A DNA stretch of 54,930 nucleotides from Parcubacteria group bacterium GW2011_GWA2_43_11 (GTDB lineage: Bacteria > Patescibacteriota > Minisyncoccia > Phycocordibacterales > UBA12088). Within the stretch, counting starts at the first letter, position 1. Every line of letters starts with the position of its first letter. Below, piece after piece: positions 27,810 to 39,300 of this stretch. Location of the stretch: positions 24,999 through 79,928 of the forward strand of contig LCFC01000006.1 of NCBI GenBank assembly GCA_000998805.1, given 5' to 3'. Position numbers and translations under genes: made by a program. Under the pieces are notes generated by a model that saw only the letters and a list, made by a program, of their open reading frames with translations, did not search any database and was not told where the DNA came from.

Positions 27810-29263
27810 ATGTTTTTTAAGCGGTTACTGTTGCTATATAAACGAGATGTTTTATTGTACGTTATTTTTATAACAGGAGCCGTAATCCTCGCTGTTGAAG
27901 TAATGGCTGTCCGTATCCTAGCACCATTTTTTGGCAATACTATATTTTCCTTTTCAAGTGTGGTGAGTATAATTCTCGCCGCTCTATCTGTTGGGTATTG
28001 GCATGGTGGACGACTTGCAGATAAACATCCTGATAAAAATTTTTTCTACCTCCTCGTATCTCTGGCTGGTAGTACTGTTATCTTTGCACATTTTGTCAGT
28101 CAATTTATTGTCTTGTGCTATCAGAGCGGGGTATAGGTCAAGTGAGTGGTGAAGTATTTTTCTCATCAACCTTGGGCTCAATACTTGGAAGTCTTTTGTC
28201 TGGTTTTGTGTTAATTCCATATGTGGGTATTTCTATGTCTATGTATGCAATGGGTGTATTGGTAGTGTTAGTTGGTGTAGCAGGGAGATATAACAAAACA
28301 TCTTTCAAACGTTTAGATATACTTTTTTACCTTGTTGTTATTGGTGCTTTATCTATACCCTTACTTGACGTGAAAGAGTCGGAGGTCCTAGCAGGAGGTG
28401 GTAAAGTCCTTTTCTCAAAAGATGGTTTGTATGAAAAGGTTATGGTGGTAGACACAGTACTTTCAGGCCAACCTGCGAGACTCCTCCGTCAAGATAGGTC
28501 TTTTTCTTCAGGCATACAGCTTCCAACGGGCGACCTTCTTTTTCCGTATACGTTGTATTACAAGCTATATAATTTTTTTCATGACCCAGCTACACTTACA
28601 CATGCTCTGGTGCTTGGTGCAGGTACGGGGACTGTAGCAAAAGAAATTAATAAAGAGTACCGAGGAATTGTGGTAGATGTTGTGGATATAGAACCGATAC
28701 TTTTTAATCTTGCCCATGAGTATTTTATGGTACCTGAGGTTGATAGTATTCGTGAGTATGTGGCAGATGGGAGGCAGTTTCTGAGAATCAACGAACAACA
28801 GTATGAATTGATTTTTGGAGATATGTACTCATCTTTGTACTCACTTCCTTTTCAAGTTATGACCAAAGAGTACTGCGAACTCCTCTATAGTCGTCTCACG
28901 GACGGGGGTGTGTATGTTGGTAATTATATTTCGTCTCTTGATACACTGCCCCCCTCACTACTCGGATCGATTGTCGCTACTTTTAGTGAGGTTTTTGATT
29001 CTGTGTACATTTTTGCCATGGAGTCACCCGAACTATCAGGTCCACAAAATATAGTGCTTGTCGCAACCAAAGGTACAAAGGTTCCCAAACTTACGAAAAC
29101 AGCATTAGCAAATACGAACGATAGAACGATACGTAGTTTTTTGAAATATTTTGTAGAACTTGAAGATATTTTCCCAACACTATCACAGTATGATGTGTTT
29201 ACAGATGATTTGGCTCCCGTAGAATTCCACTCCATGGAACTCTTACGTAAAGCCACTTTATGA
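27810..29263 (+). pseudogene. Fused membrane / spermidine synthase-like protein split by a frameshift near 28073-28136
   Basis: ORFs 27810-28136 and 28115-29263 are in different frames. The TM region continues across the junction (STLGSILGSLLSGFVLIPYVG). The methyltransferase-fold part is LVLGAGTGT...DVVDIEP. Confidence 0.5.
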
Positions 29264-30121
29264 GTGGTCTGAAAGTGGTGGCTACAGTAATAGGATTAGG
29301 TCTTCTATGTTTCCTTTTGTATGTCGCGTATACTCCAAAACAAAATACATCGGTACCAAATGAACAATCACTAAATTCGGAAGAAGAAGTCTCTGTGCAA
29401 TATGGAGAGGAGAACAGATTACTTCAAGATATTCAGACACAGCTTTCATTTGGTTCGCGGTACTCTGGAATGCCTGGGCACAGTGAGGTGATTAAATGGA
29501 TTACAAATGAACTCGCAACCTCGACTTGGACTGTCGAAAAACAAGAATGGGTGCACACGCAAAACGATGATGAACAGTTTTCATTTGTTAACATTGTGGG
29601 TAGGTTTACACCCGAGAAGACAAACCGAATTATTCTTGGAGCACACTACGATAGTCGTGCCCATGCTGACCAAGATAAAAACTATGGAGATGCCCCTGTG
29701 CCGGGTGCAAATGACAGTGCTTCGCAATCCGTGGAGACCGTACGGTTCAGAGTATTTTGCTCAACACGGGACTGATTTTTACAGTAGCAATCTTCCAGAG
29801 GCAGGTCTTATAGTCGATATGGTGTGTGATGCAAATCTTGAATTCATAATTGAAGGTACTTCATATAGAGATGCAAAGGCAAATACAGAGCGTGTTTGGT
29901 CCATTGGGCATGCTATGTATCCAGAACTTTTTTCGTACGGTGAGTTTGTGAATATCTATGATGACCATGTTTCACTAAATGCCGTTGGTATACCAAGCAC
30001 TCTGCTGATGGACTTTACGTATCCATACTGGCATACCACACGAGACACAATAGATAAATGTTCAGCTAAAAATATGGAAAAGGTGGTAGAGGTTGTTTTA
30101 GCGTACGTGTATAGCTTCTAA
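29260..30121 (+). pseudogene. M28-family peptidase / glutaminyl-cyclase-like gene with internal deletion and frameshift
   Basis: The first frame ends just after VPGANDSAS. The second frame resumes at YGSEYFA. The segment that normally lies between these motifs, carrying acidic metal ligands, is missing. Confidence 0.55.
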
Positions 30122-30159
30122 CCTTGTGTTTTAATGTACGCGTGTCATAATACTACTGT

Positions 30160-30640
30160 CCTGTATCGGACAGTTGCGCCCCGTAGTAGAACATGTTCAC
30201 TACAGGGTGAGGAAAGTCCGGACACGTGCCGATTTTGTCTGCCACAGGCAGTTACAAAATTGAGCACCCGTCGTAGCACGCCATGTGCGAAGGAGGGTAT
30301 TCAGTTTTAAACCACCCGTGGTGGATAAAATTGGCAGAAGGGTAGCGGGTAACGCCCGTCCCGACTCAATAAGTTGATTCGGAGAGGTGCGAGCAGTGAC
30401 GTCTGACCCGAAAGGGAAGGACATCCTTCGATTTTGAAGGATGAATCTTTGTATAAGCTTAGAGTTTACTCTGAGCGAAGTCGAAGAGTGAAACGGCTAA
30501 ATCCTTACTCACGTGCAAGGCCGTGTTCGTTCGCTTGCGAACGAAAGTGCCGCTTGACTTTGTGAGTAATCACAAGGCTAGATAAATAACTGTCGTTTTC
30601 TTGAAAGAGAAGATACAGAATCCGGCTTATAGATACAGGT
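30160..30640 (+). ncRNA. rnpB: RNase P RNA (bacterial type A-like, with insertions)
   Basis: GAGGAAAGTCCGGAC (CR-I) and ACAGAATCCGGCTTAT (CR-V). P1 pairs cctgtatc at 30160-30167 with gatacagg at 30632-30639. Terminator acaaaagctcg..cgagcttttgt follows. Confidence 0.8.
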
Positions 30641-30689
30641 AACATACATGACAAAAGCTCGTTAATTCGAGCTTTTGTCTGTATAGGGT

Positions 30690-30718
30690 TTGCAAATATG
30701 TTGTGTATGTGTTATAAT
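30690..30718 (+). promoter_or_regulatory. Sigma70-like promoter
   Basis: TTGCAA, 17-nt spacer, TATAAT at 30713-30718. Confidence 0.55.
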
Positions 30719-30778
30719 ACATAAAGGTGATAGGAGAGTTTTTCTCACAACATTCATACAACATGAAGGAGAGAGGGC

Positions 30779-31123
30779 ATGAAGGCTAAAACGTTAATTG
30801 CAATGTTGTTTGTATCTTTTTTTGTACTGATTTCGGAATTTGCAAACGCTGATGAAGTTTCCAAAATAAAAATACAACGAACAACGACGATACAGTATGA
30901 GTTGTTGGGACCGGTTCTTTCACCGGAACTACAGCAAGGTCTGGAATCCTCTATTGTTTCTAAGTTGAACAAAGGGAAGGTTCCCGGCGTCGTTGTTTCG
31001 GTTGGAGAATCAAGTGTGACATTGTATGTTAAGGAGTCTAGTGGTTTTTTTTCAGTTCATAACTTCTTTGTCTTGAGGTCAATTTTTGAAGTACTTGGAA
31101 AGGAGCCAGAGATTTTGCATTAA
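30779..31123 (+). CDS. Small secreted hypothetical protein
   Basis: Signal peptide MKAKTLIAMLFVSFFVLISEFANA. RBS aaggagag upstream. Confidence 0.5.
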   Translation: MKAKTLIAMLFVSFFVLISEFANADEVSKIKIQRTTTIQYELLGPVLSPELQQGLESSIVSKLNKGKVPGVVVSVGESSVTLYVKESSGFFSVHNFFVLRSIFEVLGKEPEILH

Positions 31124-31216
31124 GCAAAAGTCACGGAGTTTGAAAAAGGTTCCAAACAGTTATTAATAAACAAGCCGCCAATTTGGCGGCTTGCTCGTTG
31201 TTATACTTGTTTAAAC

Positions 31217-32362
31217 TTACTTTTTATCAACATCTTTCTCGGCTTTGTCGTACTTGAAAGAAAGTGTCATACGTTGGCTGGCTGGTTCAAAGAGTGTAAT
31301 CTTGAACTTATAACTGCGTCCAAGTTCCAAGCTCTTGTGAAGTTCTTCTGCACTCGCAAACTCACTGATATGTACAAGCCCAGCAACTCCTTCTTCAATA
31401 GAAGCAAGTGCTCCGTGCTTGTTGTACTTGATGATAGTTGCTTCAACCATTTGATCCCTCTTGTATTTCTCTGCTGCTGATTTCCAAGGGTTCTCTTTCA
31501 ATGCTTTTATAGAAAGTGAAACTTTGCCGTCTTTAATCTCAATCACTTTAACATTAAGCTTTTCACCTATTTTGTACATAGATTTTGGATTCTCAACGAG
31601 ACCCCAATCTATTTCTGAAATATGTACAAGTCCTTCAAGACCCTCATCGATTTTGATGAAAATTCCGAAGTCAACAGCACCAGTGACTTCACCTTCTACT
31701 GTGTCTCCGACAGCAAAGCGTTCAGTGGTACTTCCTTTTTCTTCTTGCGGACCACGTTCTGAGAAGATGAGTTTATTCTCTTCTGCATCAGCAGTAATGA
31801 TAACTACAGAAAGTTTGTGACCAACAAGTTGCTTGAGTTCTTCAAGGATTTTTCCACGATCACCGTCTTCTACGCGTGGATAATTTTCGGGTTTGAGCTG
31901 ACTTGCTGGTAAAAAGCCAGTAACACCTTGCCATTCGAGCATAAGTCCTCCCTTGTTTGCTTCTTTGACAAGTACTTCAAATACAGTACCTTTTGCGACT
32001 GCTTTTTCAGCCTCAGCCCAAATAAGAGCTTGTCGTGCTTCCATAAGTGAAAGCTCGATATACCCCTCACTGTTTGCAGTGCCAACTACTTTTGCTGCTA
32101 TAGTGTCACCTGGTTTGACGCGGCGCAAGATATCACTTGCAGTGAGAAATTCTCGTCCGTAAATAATACCCGTACCAAAAGGATGTAACTCAATAAATAC
32201 TTTATTCTTGGCAGTGGCAACCACAGGACCTTCTACAAGGTCACCCTCTCCAGGTGGAAGTGGACTTTTCTCAAGAAATACAGCCATTTGACTCAAATCT
32301 GTAGTATTTCCTAGAATATCGTTTTCCCCATCTATTTTTACTTTCTGCACTTCTGTTTCCAT
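31217..32362 (-). CDS. rpsA: 30S ribosomal protein S1 (four S1 domains)
   Basis: Repeated G..V.G.V......G.F...... S1 motifs. The ATG at 32362 (METEVQ) is preferred over 32401. Confidence 0.85.
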   Translation of the reverse strand: METEVQKVKIDGENDILGNTTDLSQMAVFLEKSPLPPGEGDLVEGPVVATAKNKVFIELHPFGTGIIYGREFLTASDILRRVKPGDTIAAKVVGTANSEGYIELSLMEARQALIWAEAEKAVAKGTVFEVLVKEANKGGLMLEWQGVTGFLPASQLKPENYPRVEDGDRGKILEELKQLVGHKLSVVIITADAEENKLIFSERGPQEEKGSTTERFAVGDTVEGEVTGAVDFGIFIKIDEGLEGLVHISEIDWGLVENPKSMYKIGEKLNVKVIEIKDGKVSLSIKALKENPWKSAAEKYKRDQMVEATIIKYNKHGALASIEEGVAGLVHISEFASAEELHKSLELGRSYKFKITLFEPASQRMTLSFKYDKAEKDVDKK

Positions 32363-32502
32363 ATGTATACTAAAAAGCCGGAGGTGTTGTGTGTCATACA
32401 TCCAAACCTGATGAACATCACAATGTTAGCCTCCAAGCTAACCCGTTTGGGTTTGCTGGTAATGGGGTAACTTTACAGGAGAGCTTAGAGGTTGTAAAGG
32501 AT

Positions 32503-32639
32503 GCGAGTTGAAAGTTAAAAGTTCAAAGTTAAAAGTTCACAAACGCGGTTGGGTTTCGCCGAAGGCGAAATTGCTTCCAACTTTTACCCCGTACCAGAGC
32601 AAGCTCGGTACAGGGCATGCTTTTAACTTTCAACTCGTC
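32503..32639. repeat. GTTGAAAGTTAAAAG-family structured element R1
   Basis: gcgagttgaaagttaaaag at 32503-32521 pairs with cttttaactttcaactcg at 32620-32637. The interior holds the hairpins cgcc-gaag-gcg and ccgtacc..ggtacagg. Confidence 0.8.
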
Positions 32640-32662
32640 CATGCTATACTCTGCAGGCATAT

Positions 32663-33301
32663 ATGATAATAACTCACCATGGCGGAGAATTCTTTAAAGT
32701 GTCTTTTGGGGATATCACCCTTGCTTTTAATCCAATTTCAAAAAATTCAAAGCTCAAGCAGACACGTTTCGGTGCAGATATTGCCTTTATTACCTCAGAA
32801 CACCCTGATTTTACAGGTATTGATCAAGTGAGTCATGGAGAAAAAGAGCCTTTTGTTGTTCGAGGCCCAGGTGAATACGAGGTACGCGATATAGTGATAA
32901 AGGGTTTCCAAACAACAACTGAATACGGAGGTAAGGAGTGCATTAACACTGCATACCTAGTAACTTTTGAAAAAATGTTTCTTCTTTTTCTTGGTGCGTT
33001 GAGTACCAAAGAATTACCCAAAGGGTTGCAAGAAGCGCTTGATAAGATTGACATCCTTTTTGTTCCTATTGGAGGTGATGGAGTTTTGAGCCCGCAAAAA
33101 GCCTATGAGCTTGCGATTTCTATCGAGCCAAAGATGATTATACCCATGCATCATATTGATATGGGAATACCGAAAGCTCTTCAGCTCTTCCTAAAAGAAG
33201 AGGGAGCTTCAACTGATAATCATAAGCCGATAAGTAAATTAACTCTTAAAAACAAAGATCTTGAAGATAAGCAGAACGAAATTGTAGTCTTCTCAAGTTA
33301 A
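32663..33301 (+). CDS. Metallo-beta-lactamase-fold hydrolase (UPF0173-like)
   Basis: MIITHHGGEFFKV N-terminus, ...FITSEHPDF... and IPMHH. Confidence 0.65.
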   Translation: MIITHHGGEFFKVSFGDITLAFNPISKNSKLKQTRFGADIAFITSEHPDFTGIDQVSHGEKEPFVVRGPGEYEVRDIVIKGFQTTTEYGGKECINTAYLVTFEKMFLLFLGALSTKELPKGLQEALDKIDILFVPIGGDGVLSPQKAYELAISIEPKMIIPMHHIDMGIPKALQLFLKEEGASTDNHKPISKLTLKNKDLEDKQNEIVVFSS

Positions 33302-33339
33302 TACACAGATATCTATCTACTCTCTGATATCAAAAATAC

Positions 33340-33735
33340 ATGTTCTTAGAATATTTTGATAATTTACGGGAAAAGCCAAAAGATGTACGAAAGCGGTATG
33401 CTCTTTTCTTTACATGTGTCCTTACCGGTTTAATCGTCCTTATTTGGGTAGGTGGTATTCTTATAAGTAATTATGGAAGTCGGTCTCCCGACAATGGTAC
33501 TGTAGACACAGATGGGAACGGTCAGGTTACAGATACCACAACACTTTTTAATTCTTCAAATACTTTCATGGAGGATGGTGGGGCAGATTTTTCTGAACAA
33601 AATAACTGGGAGATGGAGCTTCAAACTTCGTTACTAAATGAATCTAAGCTCGAGGATGTGTATGCATCATCTTCTCAAGCGACGCCTGAAAGCTATGGAA
33701 CCTCCACAGGGACTTCATCGGTGGATACTCTGTAA
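33340..33735 (+). CDS. Hypothetical membrane-anchored protein
   Basis: Single TM (FFTCVLTGLIVLIWVGGILI), then a low-complexity S/T/D/N-rich tail. Confidence 0.4.
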   Translation: MFLEYFDNLREKPKDVRKRYALFFTCVLTGLIVLIWVGGILISNYGSRSPDNGTVDTDGNGQVTDTTTLFNSSNTFMEDGGADFSEQNNWEMELQTSLLNESKLEDVYASSSQATPESYGTSTGTSSVDTL

Positions 33736-33845
33736 TGCTACTGAATTATATTTTATCGCTATATATAAGGATTAATTTACCAATATCTACCCTTTTTTAT
33801 TCGCCTTTTTAAGGGGAGTGTGGTAGTATTGCTGGCAATTACCAT

Positions 33846-36329
33846 ATGGCAAAAGAGGATAAAAAGAAATCACCATCAATAGAAAATGGGGAGGGGAAAC
33901 AAGATGCGTCAGTGATAGCATGCCCCATTACTGGTGAAATGCGGGAATCCTATCTTGCATATGCTATGTCAGTTATCACACAGAGAGCCCTTCCTGATGT
34001 GCGGGATGGTCTAAAGCCAGTGCATCGCCGTATTCTCTACACAATGCATAAGATGGGGTTGGTCTCCAGTGCAAAGTTTCGTAAGTCAGCAGCAGTGGTA
34101 GGAGATGTGCTTGGTAAATACCATCCACATGGTGACACAGCAGTATATGATGCACTTGTAAAATTGGCTCAAGAATTTACCACTCGGTATCCACTTGTGC
34201 TCGGACAAGGAAACTTTGGTTCTATTGATGGAGATAGTCCTGCTGCTATGCGTTATACCGAGGCAAAAATGACCAAGATTTCAAGTGAGATGCTTCGTGA
34301 TATAGAAAAAGAGACCGTTGAGTGGCGTCCAAACTATGATGAAACTCGTGATGAGCCAATTGTGCTTCCAGCCGCGGTCCCGAACTTGCTTCTCAATGGA
34401 ACGCTTGGTATCGCCGTGGGAATGGCAACAAATATTCCTCCGCACAACTTAAACGAAGTTGTCGATGCGTGTATTCACCTCATCAATAACCCCGATGCCT
34501 CCCAAGATGAAATCTTTAATCTTGTAAAAGCCCCGGATTTTCCTACTGGTGCCGTTATCTTTAACCAAAAAGATATTAGACATGCGTACGCTACAGGAAA
34601 AGGTCCTATGGTGGTGCGTGGCGAAGCGGAAATAGTGGAGAATAAGAAAGGTGCTTTTTCTATTATCATTACTTCGCTACCCTATCGCGTGAATAAGTCA
34701 GAGCTTATCAAGCGTATGGCGAATCTCGTGACTCAAAAGAAACTTGAGGGTGTGCGTGATTTACGAGACGAATCAACGAGAGATATTCGGATAGTGGTAG
34801 AGCTTAAAACAGGAGCACAACCACAGAAAGTCCTCAACTACCTATACAAACATACCGCATTAGAAGACACGTTCCACCTTAACCTTGTTGCACTTGTGGA
34901 TGGTGTTCCGCAGACTCTATCACTTAAAGGAGTTTTGGATGAGTTTGTGACGTATAGAAAACTTGTGGTTAAGCGTCGATGTGAATTTGATCTTAAAAAA
35001 GCACAGGCACGAGAGCATATCCTACTTGGTCTAAAAAAAGCACTCGATAATATAGATGCGATAATTAAAATCATCAAAACGTCAAAAGACGTTCCGCTTG
35101 CGAAAGCGGCCATGATGAAAAAGTTTTCTTTTTCTGATATTCAGGCGACTGCAATTCTTGAAATGCGCCTCCAAAAACTTGCCGGACTTGAAAGAATTAA
35201 AATTGAAAATGAACTAAAAGAAGTTCAGGCTCTTATAAAATGGCTTGAGTCTCTCCTAAAGAGCGAGAAAAAAATGGCGGAGCTTATTAGAGGTGAGTTT
35301 GAAGAAGTAAAAGCAAAATACGGCGACGAACGAAGAACACGTGTTATCAAGGGTCCAGTTAAAAACATGACCCCTGAGGATATGATTGCTGAGGAGGAAA
35401 GTGTTTTGGTGATTACCCGTGGTGGCTATATCAAGCGTACAAACCCTGATGAGTACAAAAAACAAAAGCGTGGAGGTGTAGGCGTGATAGATCTCAATAC
35501 CAAGGAGGAAGATTTTGTAACTATTTTTCTCACCGCAAGTACGCATGATGACCTTCTCTTTTTTACAGATAAAGGTAAGACATATCAAATCAAGATGTAT
35601 GATGTACCTGAGGGAAAGCGTGCTACAAAAGGAAAGTCGGTAATGAATTTTCTTCCACTTTCTGCTGATGAGTCAGTAACGTCTGTCGTTGCAATGACAA
35701 AAGAACTAAAAGAAAGTGACGGTTCACTTCTTATGGTTACAAAAGGTGGAATTACAAAAAAGACGAAAGCAAAAGATTTTCATGACGTTCGCCTTTCTGG
35801 CATTATCGCCATAAAGCTCGCACCTGGTGATAAGCTAATACAGGCAAGTTTTGTAGAAAAGGGTGATACGGTGCTGTTGGCTACTAAAAAAGGCCAGTCA
35901 ATACGTTTTAATGAAGCTGACGCGCGAGAAATGGGGCGAGCTGCAGCTGGTGTGCGTGGAGTAAAGCTTGGTACTGGAGACGTTGTAATTGGAGCTGATA
36001 TTGCCCTAAAGGGTACAAAAGATAAAGAACTTTCACTACTAGTGGTGTCTGAAAACGGTTATGGAAAACAGACAGCACTTTCTGAGTTTAAAGTACAGAA
36101 ACGAAGTGGATCTGGAATAAAATGCGCAAGTACGACAACAAAAACAGGTACCTTGATGGCAAGCAGAATCCTTACTCGAGACATTGAGGAGCTTGTGGTA
36201 ATTTCTAAAAAAGGTCAAGTAATACGGACTGATATAAAAGAAATTCCTTCAATGGGTCGTTCAACACAGGGTGTGCGGATAATGAAGCTACGAGCTGGGG
36301 ATTCCATTGCCGCAATCATCTGTCTCTGA
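33846..36329 (+). CDS. gyrA: DNA gyrase subunit A
   Basis: [26 protein letters not shown] (catalytic Tyr region) and C-terminal beta-pinwheel repeats. Confidence 0.97.
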   Translation: MAKEDKKKSPSIENGEGKQDASVIACPITGEMRESYLAYAMSVITQRALPDVRDGLKPVHRRILYTMHKMGLVSSAKFRKSAAVVGDVLGKYHPHGDTAVYDALVKLAQEFTTRYPLVLGQGNFGSIDGDSPAAMRYTEAKMTKISSEMLRDIEKETVEWRPNYDETRDEPIVLPAAVPNLLLNGTLGIAVGMATNIPPHNLNEVVDACIHLINNPDASQDEIFNLVKAPDFPTGAVIFNQKDIRHAYATGKGPMVVRGEAEIVENKKGAFSIIITSLPYRVNKSELIKRMANLVTQKKLEGVRDLRDESTRDIRIVVELKTGAQPQKVLNYLYKHTALEDTFHLNLVALVDGVPQTLSLKGVLDEFVTYRKLVVKRRCEFDLKKAQAREHILLGLKKALDNIDAIIKIIKTSKDVPLAKAAMMKKFSFSDIQATAILEMRLQKLAGLERIKIENELKEVQALIKWLESLLKSEKKMAELIRGEFEEVKAKYGDERRTRVIKGPVKNMTPEDMIAEEESVLVITRGGYIKRTNPDEYKKQKRGGVGVIDLNTKEEDFVTIFLTASTHDDLLFFTDKGKTYQIKMYDVPEGKRATKGKSVMNFLPLSADESVTSVVAMTKELKESDGSLLMVTKGGITKKTKAKDFHDVRLSGIIAIKLAPGDKLIQASFVEKGDTVLLATKKGQSIRFNEADAREMGRAAAGVRGVKLGTGDVVIGADIALKGTKDKELSLLVVSENGYGKQTALSEFKVQKRSGSGIKCASTTTKTGTLMASRILTRDIEELVVISKKGQVIRTDIKEIPSMGRSTQGVRIMKLRAGDSIAAIICL

Positions 36330-36425
36330 GTTAAAAGTTGAAAGTTCACTAGCCCGCATACGCGGGCTAGTGTGTTCAACGAAGGTGAGGGTACTTTCAA
36401 CTTTTAACATTTAACTTTCAACTTA
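36328..36425. repeat. GTTGAAAGTTAAAAG-family element R2
   Basis: gttaaaagttgaaagt at 36330-36345 pairs perfectly with actttcaacttttaac at 36394-36409, around hairpin cactagcccgc-atac-gcgggctagtg. An extra half copy ttaactttcaac follows. Confidence 0.8.
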
Positions 36426-36488
36426 GTAATGTTATACACAAATATCCTACCCGAAAGAGGGCGATTTTTGTTACAATAAACACTACGT

Positions 36489-37025
36489 ATGGCTTTTGCT
36501 AATCCAAAAAGAAACATAGAACAGTTTATGCTCGCAGAAGGTATGGAAGTTGCTGATTTTGGAGCAGGTGCAGGTTACTTGGCAGTGGAGGCTGCAGAAG
36601 TAATAGGTAAGAAAGGCAAGGTGTTTGTTATAGATATTCAACAAGAACTACTTACTAAAAGTATACATTACGCACAAGAACACCATCTTGAATCAATAGT
36701 GTTTATACATGGTGATTTAGAGAAGGAAGGAGGATCAACGCTTCCTGATCAAAGTGTTGACGCGGTAATCATTTCAAATCTACTGTTTCAGGTGGGTGAC
36801 AAATCTGCAGTGCTACATGAGGCACACCGTATTTTGAAAGATTCAGGTAAGGTACTTGTGGTGGATTGGTGTGAGTCTTTTGGAGGTATGGGTCCACAAA
36901 CGGATCATGTATTTCCTGAGGCAGAGTTACGTACCTGTGCCGAAGGTGAAGATTTTACGTATGTATCTTCTATTGACGCAGGGGCATACCATTATGGTTT
37001 GATTTTCCGAAAACATGGGAAATAA
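36489..37025 (+). CDS. Class I SAM-dependent methyltransferase
   Basis: VADFGAGAGYL motif I and DAVIISNLL. Confidence 0.7.
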   Translation: MAFANPKRNIEQFMLAEGMEVADFGAGAGYLAVEAAEVIGKKGKVFVIDIQQELLTKSIHYAQEHHLESIVFIHGDLEKEGGSTLPDQSVDAVIISNLLFQVGDKSAVLHEAHRILKDSGKVLVVDWCESFGGMGPQTDHVFPEAELRTCAEGEDFTYVSSIDAGAYHYGLIFRKHGK

Positions 37026-38343
37026 CAGCCAAAACATATTTCAAATAGGACTTCTTGTGATATTCGGCGTCATGGCCGTCGTTGGTGTTATCTCAATCGC
37101 AATGAATAAAAACATGAGTGATGATGCAGCTTTTACTGTTCCAGTGGTTATATGGGGGCCGCCACTTGAGGATAGAGCGATGACTATGGTTATAAATGAT
37201 TTAAAAAAAGACAACGAGTCTTTTGAAAATGTTTCGTACGTTGAAAAAAACCCCAATACGATATATGGTGACTTACTTGAAGCTATCGCAACAGGGAACA
37301 GTCCTGATCTCGTACTTATGAATTCTTCAGGTTTGTTACCGCTCCGAAACAAATTGTATCCTATTTCATTTGAAACAATACCCCTTCAAAATTTTTATGA
37401 CACCTATGTTGAAGGGGGAGATGTGTTCGTATTGTCTGACGGTATTTATGCACTACCTCTCTTTGTAGACCCGCTGGTTTTGTACTGGAACAGGGATATT
37501 TTTACAAAAACTGCAATAGCTCAGGTACCTCAAGATTGGGATACTTTTGTGCAACTTGTTCCCCGTCTCTCTACTATTGTGGGTGGATCGGAGTTGATTC
37601 AGAGTGGCATCGCATTTGGAGAGTATGACAACGTCCTTCATGCAAAAGAAATTTTAAGTGCGCTTATAATGCAAACAGGCGTTTCTATAGTTATAGAGCA
37701 CAATAATAAGTTTATTACAGATATTTTTTCTGTTGATGAACGCGTGGAAAAACCTGATCTTGCTCTACGTTTCTATACATCTTTCTCTAATCCGGTAAAG
37801 ACGGTGTATTCATGGAATAAGACGTTTGAACGTTCTCGAGAAGCGTTCGCAGCTAACAAAGTGGCTATGTATGCAGGATTTGTGAGTGAAGAATCCATTT
37901 TAACGGAAATTAACCCAAATCTTAATTTCGGTATGGCTCCATTACCTCAATCAAAAAATACCCATAAATCGCTAACATATGGAAAATTCTACGGTATAGC
38001 TGTTCTAAAGGCCTCCAAAAATCCCCAAGTTGCCCTTATGGTTGCACGAATACTCTCTGATGCTGGAGTCTCTAAACTACTAGCCAACAATGCTGGGCTT
38101 CCTTCAGCTCGTCGGGATGTCCTTACAGAGGTGAATAGTACCGATCCCTTTGGGCACACAAAAACACAATCAGCTATCATGTCTCGCGCATGGTTGGAAC
38201 CGGCACCACAATCTGCAGTTAATGATATTTTTTCAAGAGCGGTGAATGGTATTGTGTCGGGTACATTGACTCCTGGTAACGCAGTGTCGCAATCGGCGAC
38301 AGATTTAACTGTGCTTTTAACACCTTACAATAATAGACCATAA
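37015..38343 (+). CDS. Extracellular solute-binding protein (family 1-like), membrane anchored, orphan
   Basis: N-terminal TM. PLFVDPLVLYWNRDIF is typical of sugar-type SBPs. No transporter genes nearby. Confidence 0.65.
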   Translation: MGNNSQNIFQIGLLVIFGVMAVVGVISIAMNKNMSDDAAFTVPVVIWGPPLEDRAMTMVINDLKKDNESFENVSYVEKNPNTIYGDLLEAIATGNSPDLVLMNSSGLLPLRNKLYPISFETIPLQNFYDTYVEGGDVFVLSDGIYALPLFVDPLVLYWNRDIFTKTAIAQVPQDWDTFVQLVPRLSTIVGGSELIQSGIAFGEYDNVLHAKEILSALIMQTGVSIVIEHNNKFITDIFSVDERVEKPDLALRFYTSFSNPVKTVYSWNKTFERSREAFAANKVAMYAGFVSEESILTEINPNLNFGMAPLPQSKNTHKSLTYGKFYGIAVLKASKNPQVALMVARILSDAGVSKLLANNAGLPSARRDVLTEVNSTDPFGHTKTQSAIMSRAWLEPAPQSAVNDIFSRAVNGIVSGTLTPGNAVSQSATDLTVLLTPYNNRP

Positions 38344-38347
38344 AAAT

Positions 38348-38638
38348 ATGTCTTCACTTGCAGCAGTTTTTGATAATCCACTTGCCGGTGATCCGGATTT
38401 GTATACATTATTGGGTTTAATACTGCAATCGGCAGTTTACATTCTTTTTCCTATCGTTGTACTCATGATTGTGTATACAGGCTTTCTTTTTGTGAGTGCA
38501 CAAGGCAATGCGTCCAAGCTGGAGGAAGCGCGGAGGGCATTGTTGTGGACAGTTATAGGGGCTCTGATAATTCTGGGTTCATGGGCACTTGCGGAAGCTA
38601 TTCGTGCAACGGTAAATAATATTGCAGGCAATCCATAA
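38348..38638 (+). CDS. Small two-TM pilin-like protein (TrbC/VirB2-like, CPR T4SS_pilin type), paralogue 1
   Basis: TM1, then a charged loop SAQGNASKLEEARRAL, then TM2. Confidence 0.6.
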   Translation: MSSLAAVFDNPLAGDPDLYTLLGLILQSAVYILFPIVVLMIVYTGFLFVSAQGNASKLEEARRALLWTVIGALIILGSWALAEAIRATVNNIAGNP

Positions 38639-38642
38639 GACT

Positions 38643-38960
38643 ATGAAAAGAATAAACAGTATTGGAAGACTGGCACTCTTGGGAATCATCATATTTCCTT
38701 CAAATTTGTTTGCTCAAGTTCAAGATTTCAAAAGCATTGCAACTATTTTTGTAAATCTTCTTAACACCTCTGTGCTCCTTATTATGGCTATGGCGGTATT
38801 CTTCTTTGTTATTGGTGCGATACGGTTTATTGCTACCGCTGGAGATGATAAAAGTAGGTCTGAAGGTAAACAAATGATGGTTTGGGGGACTTTGTCACTT
38901 TTTGTCATGGTTGCGGTATGGGGGATTGTGAATATTATTAGAACAACATTTTTTGGATAA
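38643..38960 (+). CDS. Pilin-like protein, paralogue 2
   Basis: Signal peptide ending FAQ, then TM, loop ATAGDDKSRSEGKQMMVWG and TM. Confidence 0.65.
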   Translation: MKRINSIGRLALLGIIIFPSNLFAQVQDFKSIATIFVNLLNTSVLLIMAMAVFFFVIGAIRFIATAGDDKSRSEGKQMMVWGTLSLFVMVAVWGIVNIIRTTFFG

Positions 38961-38961
38961 T

Positions 38962-39300
38962 ATGCGTTTTCTGCTTCCAATAGTTGGTATCATTTTACCA
39001 AACATACTATTCGCTCAAGCAACATTGTTTAATATTATTTTTGAGGCTCGTGAAGTATTTGTTGTATTGGTACAAGTAGGTCTTGCAGTTGCTCTTGTGG
39101 TGTTTGTTTGGGGTTTAATGGTGTTCATTGCGAACGCGGACAATGAGAAAGAAAGGGACGAAGGTAAAAGTAGAATGGTGTGGGGTATCGTTGCACTTTT
39201 TATGATAGTGAGTGTCTGGGGAGTAGTTGCATTACTTTCGGATTTAATGGGTGTTTCGGGAGCCGACACAACACAACCTGCACCGATTATTGAGTACTAA
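38962..39300 (+). CDS. Pilin-like protein, paralogue 3
   Basis: Signal peptide ending FAQ, then TM, loop ANADNEKERDEGKSRMVWG and TM. Confidence 0.65.
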   Translation: MRFLLPIVGIILPNILFAQATLFNIIFEAREVFVVLVQVGLAVALVVFVWGLMVFIANADNEKERDEGKSRMVWGIVALFMIVSVWGVVALLSDLMGVSGADTTQPAPIIEY

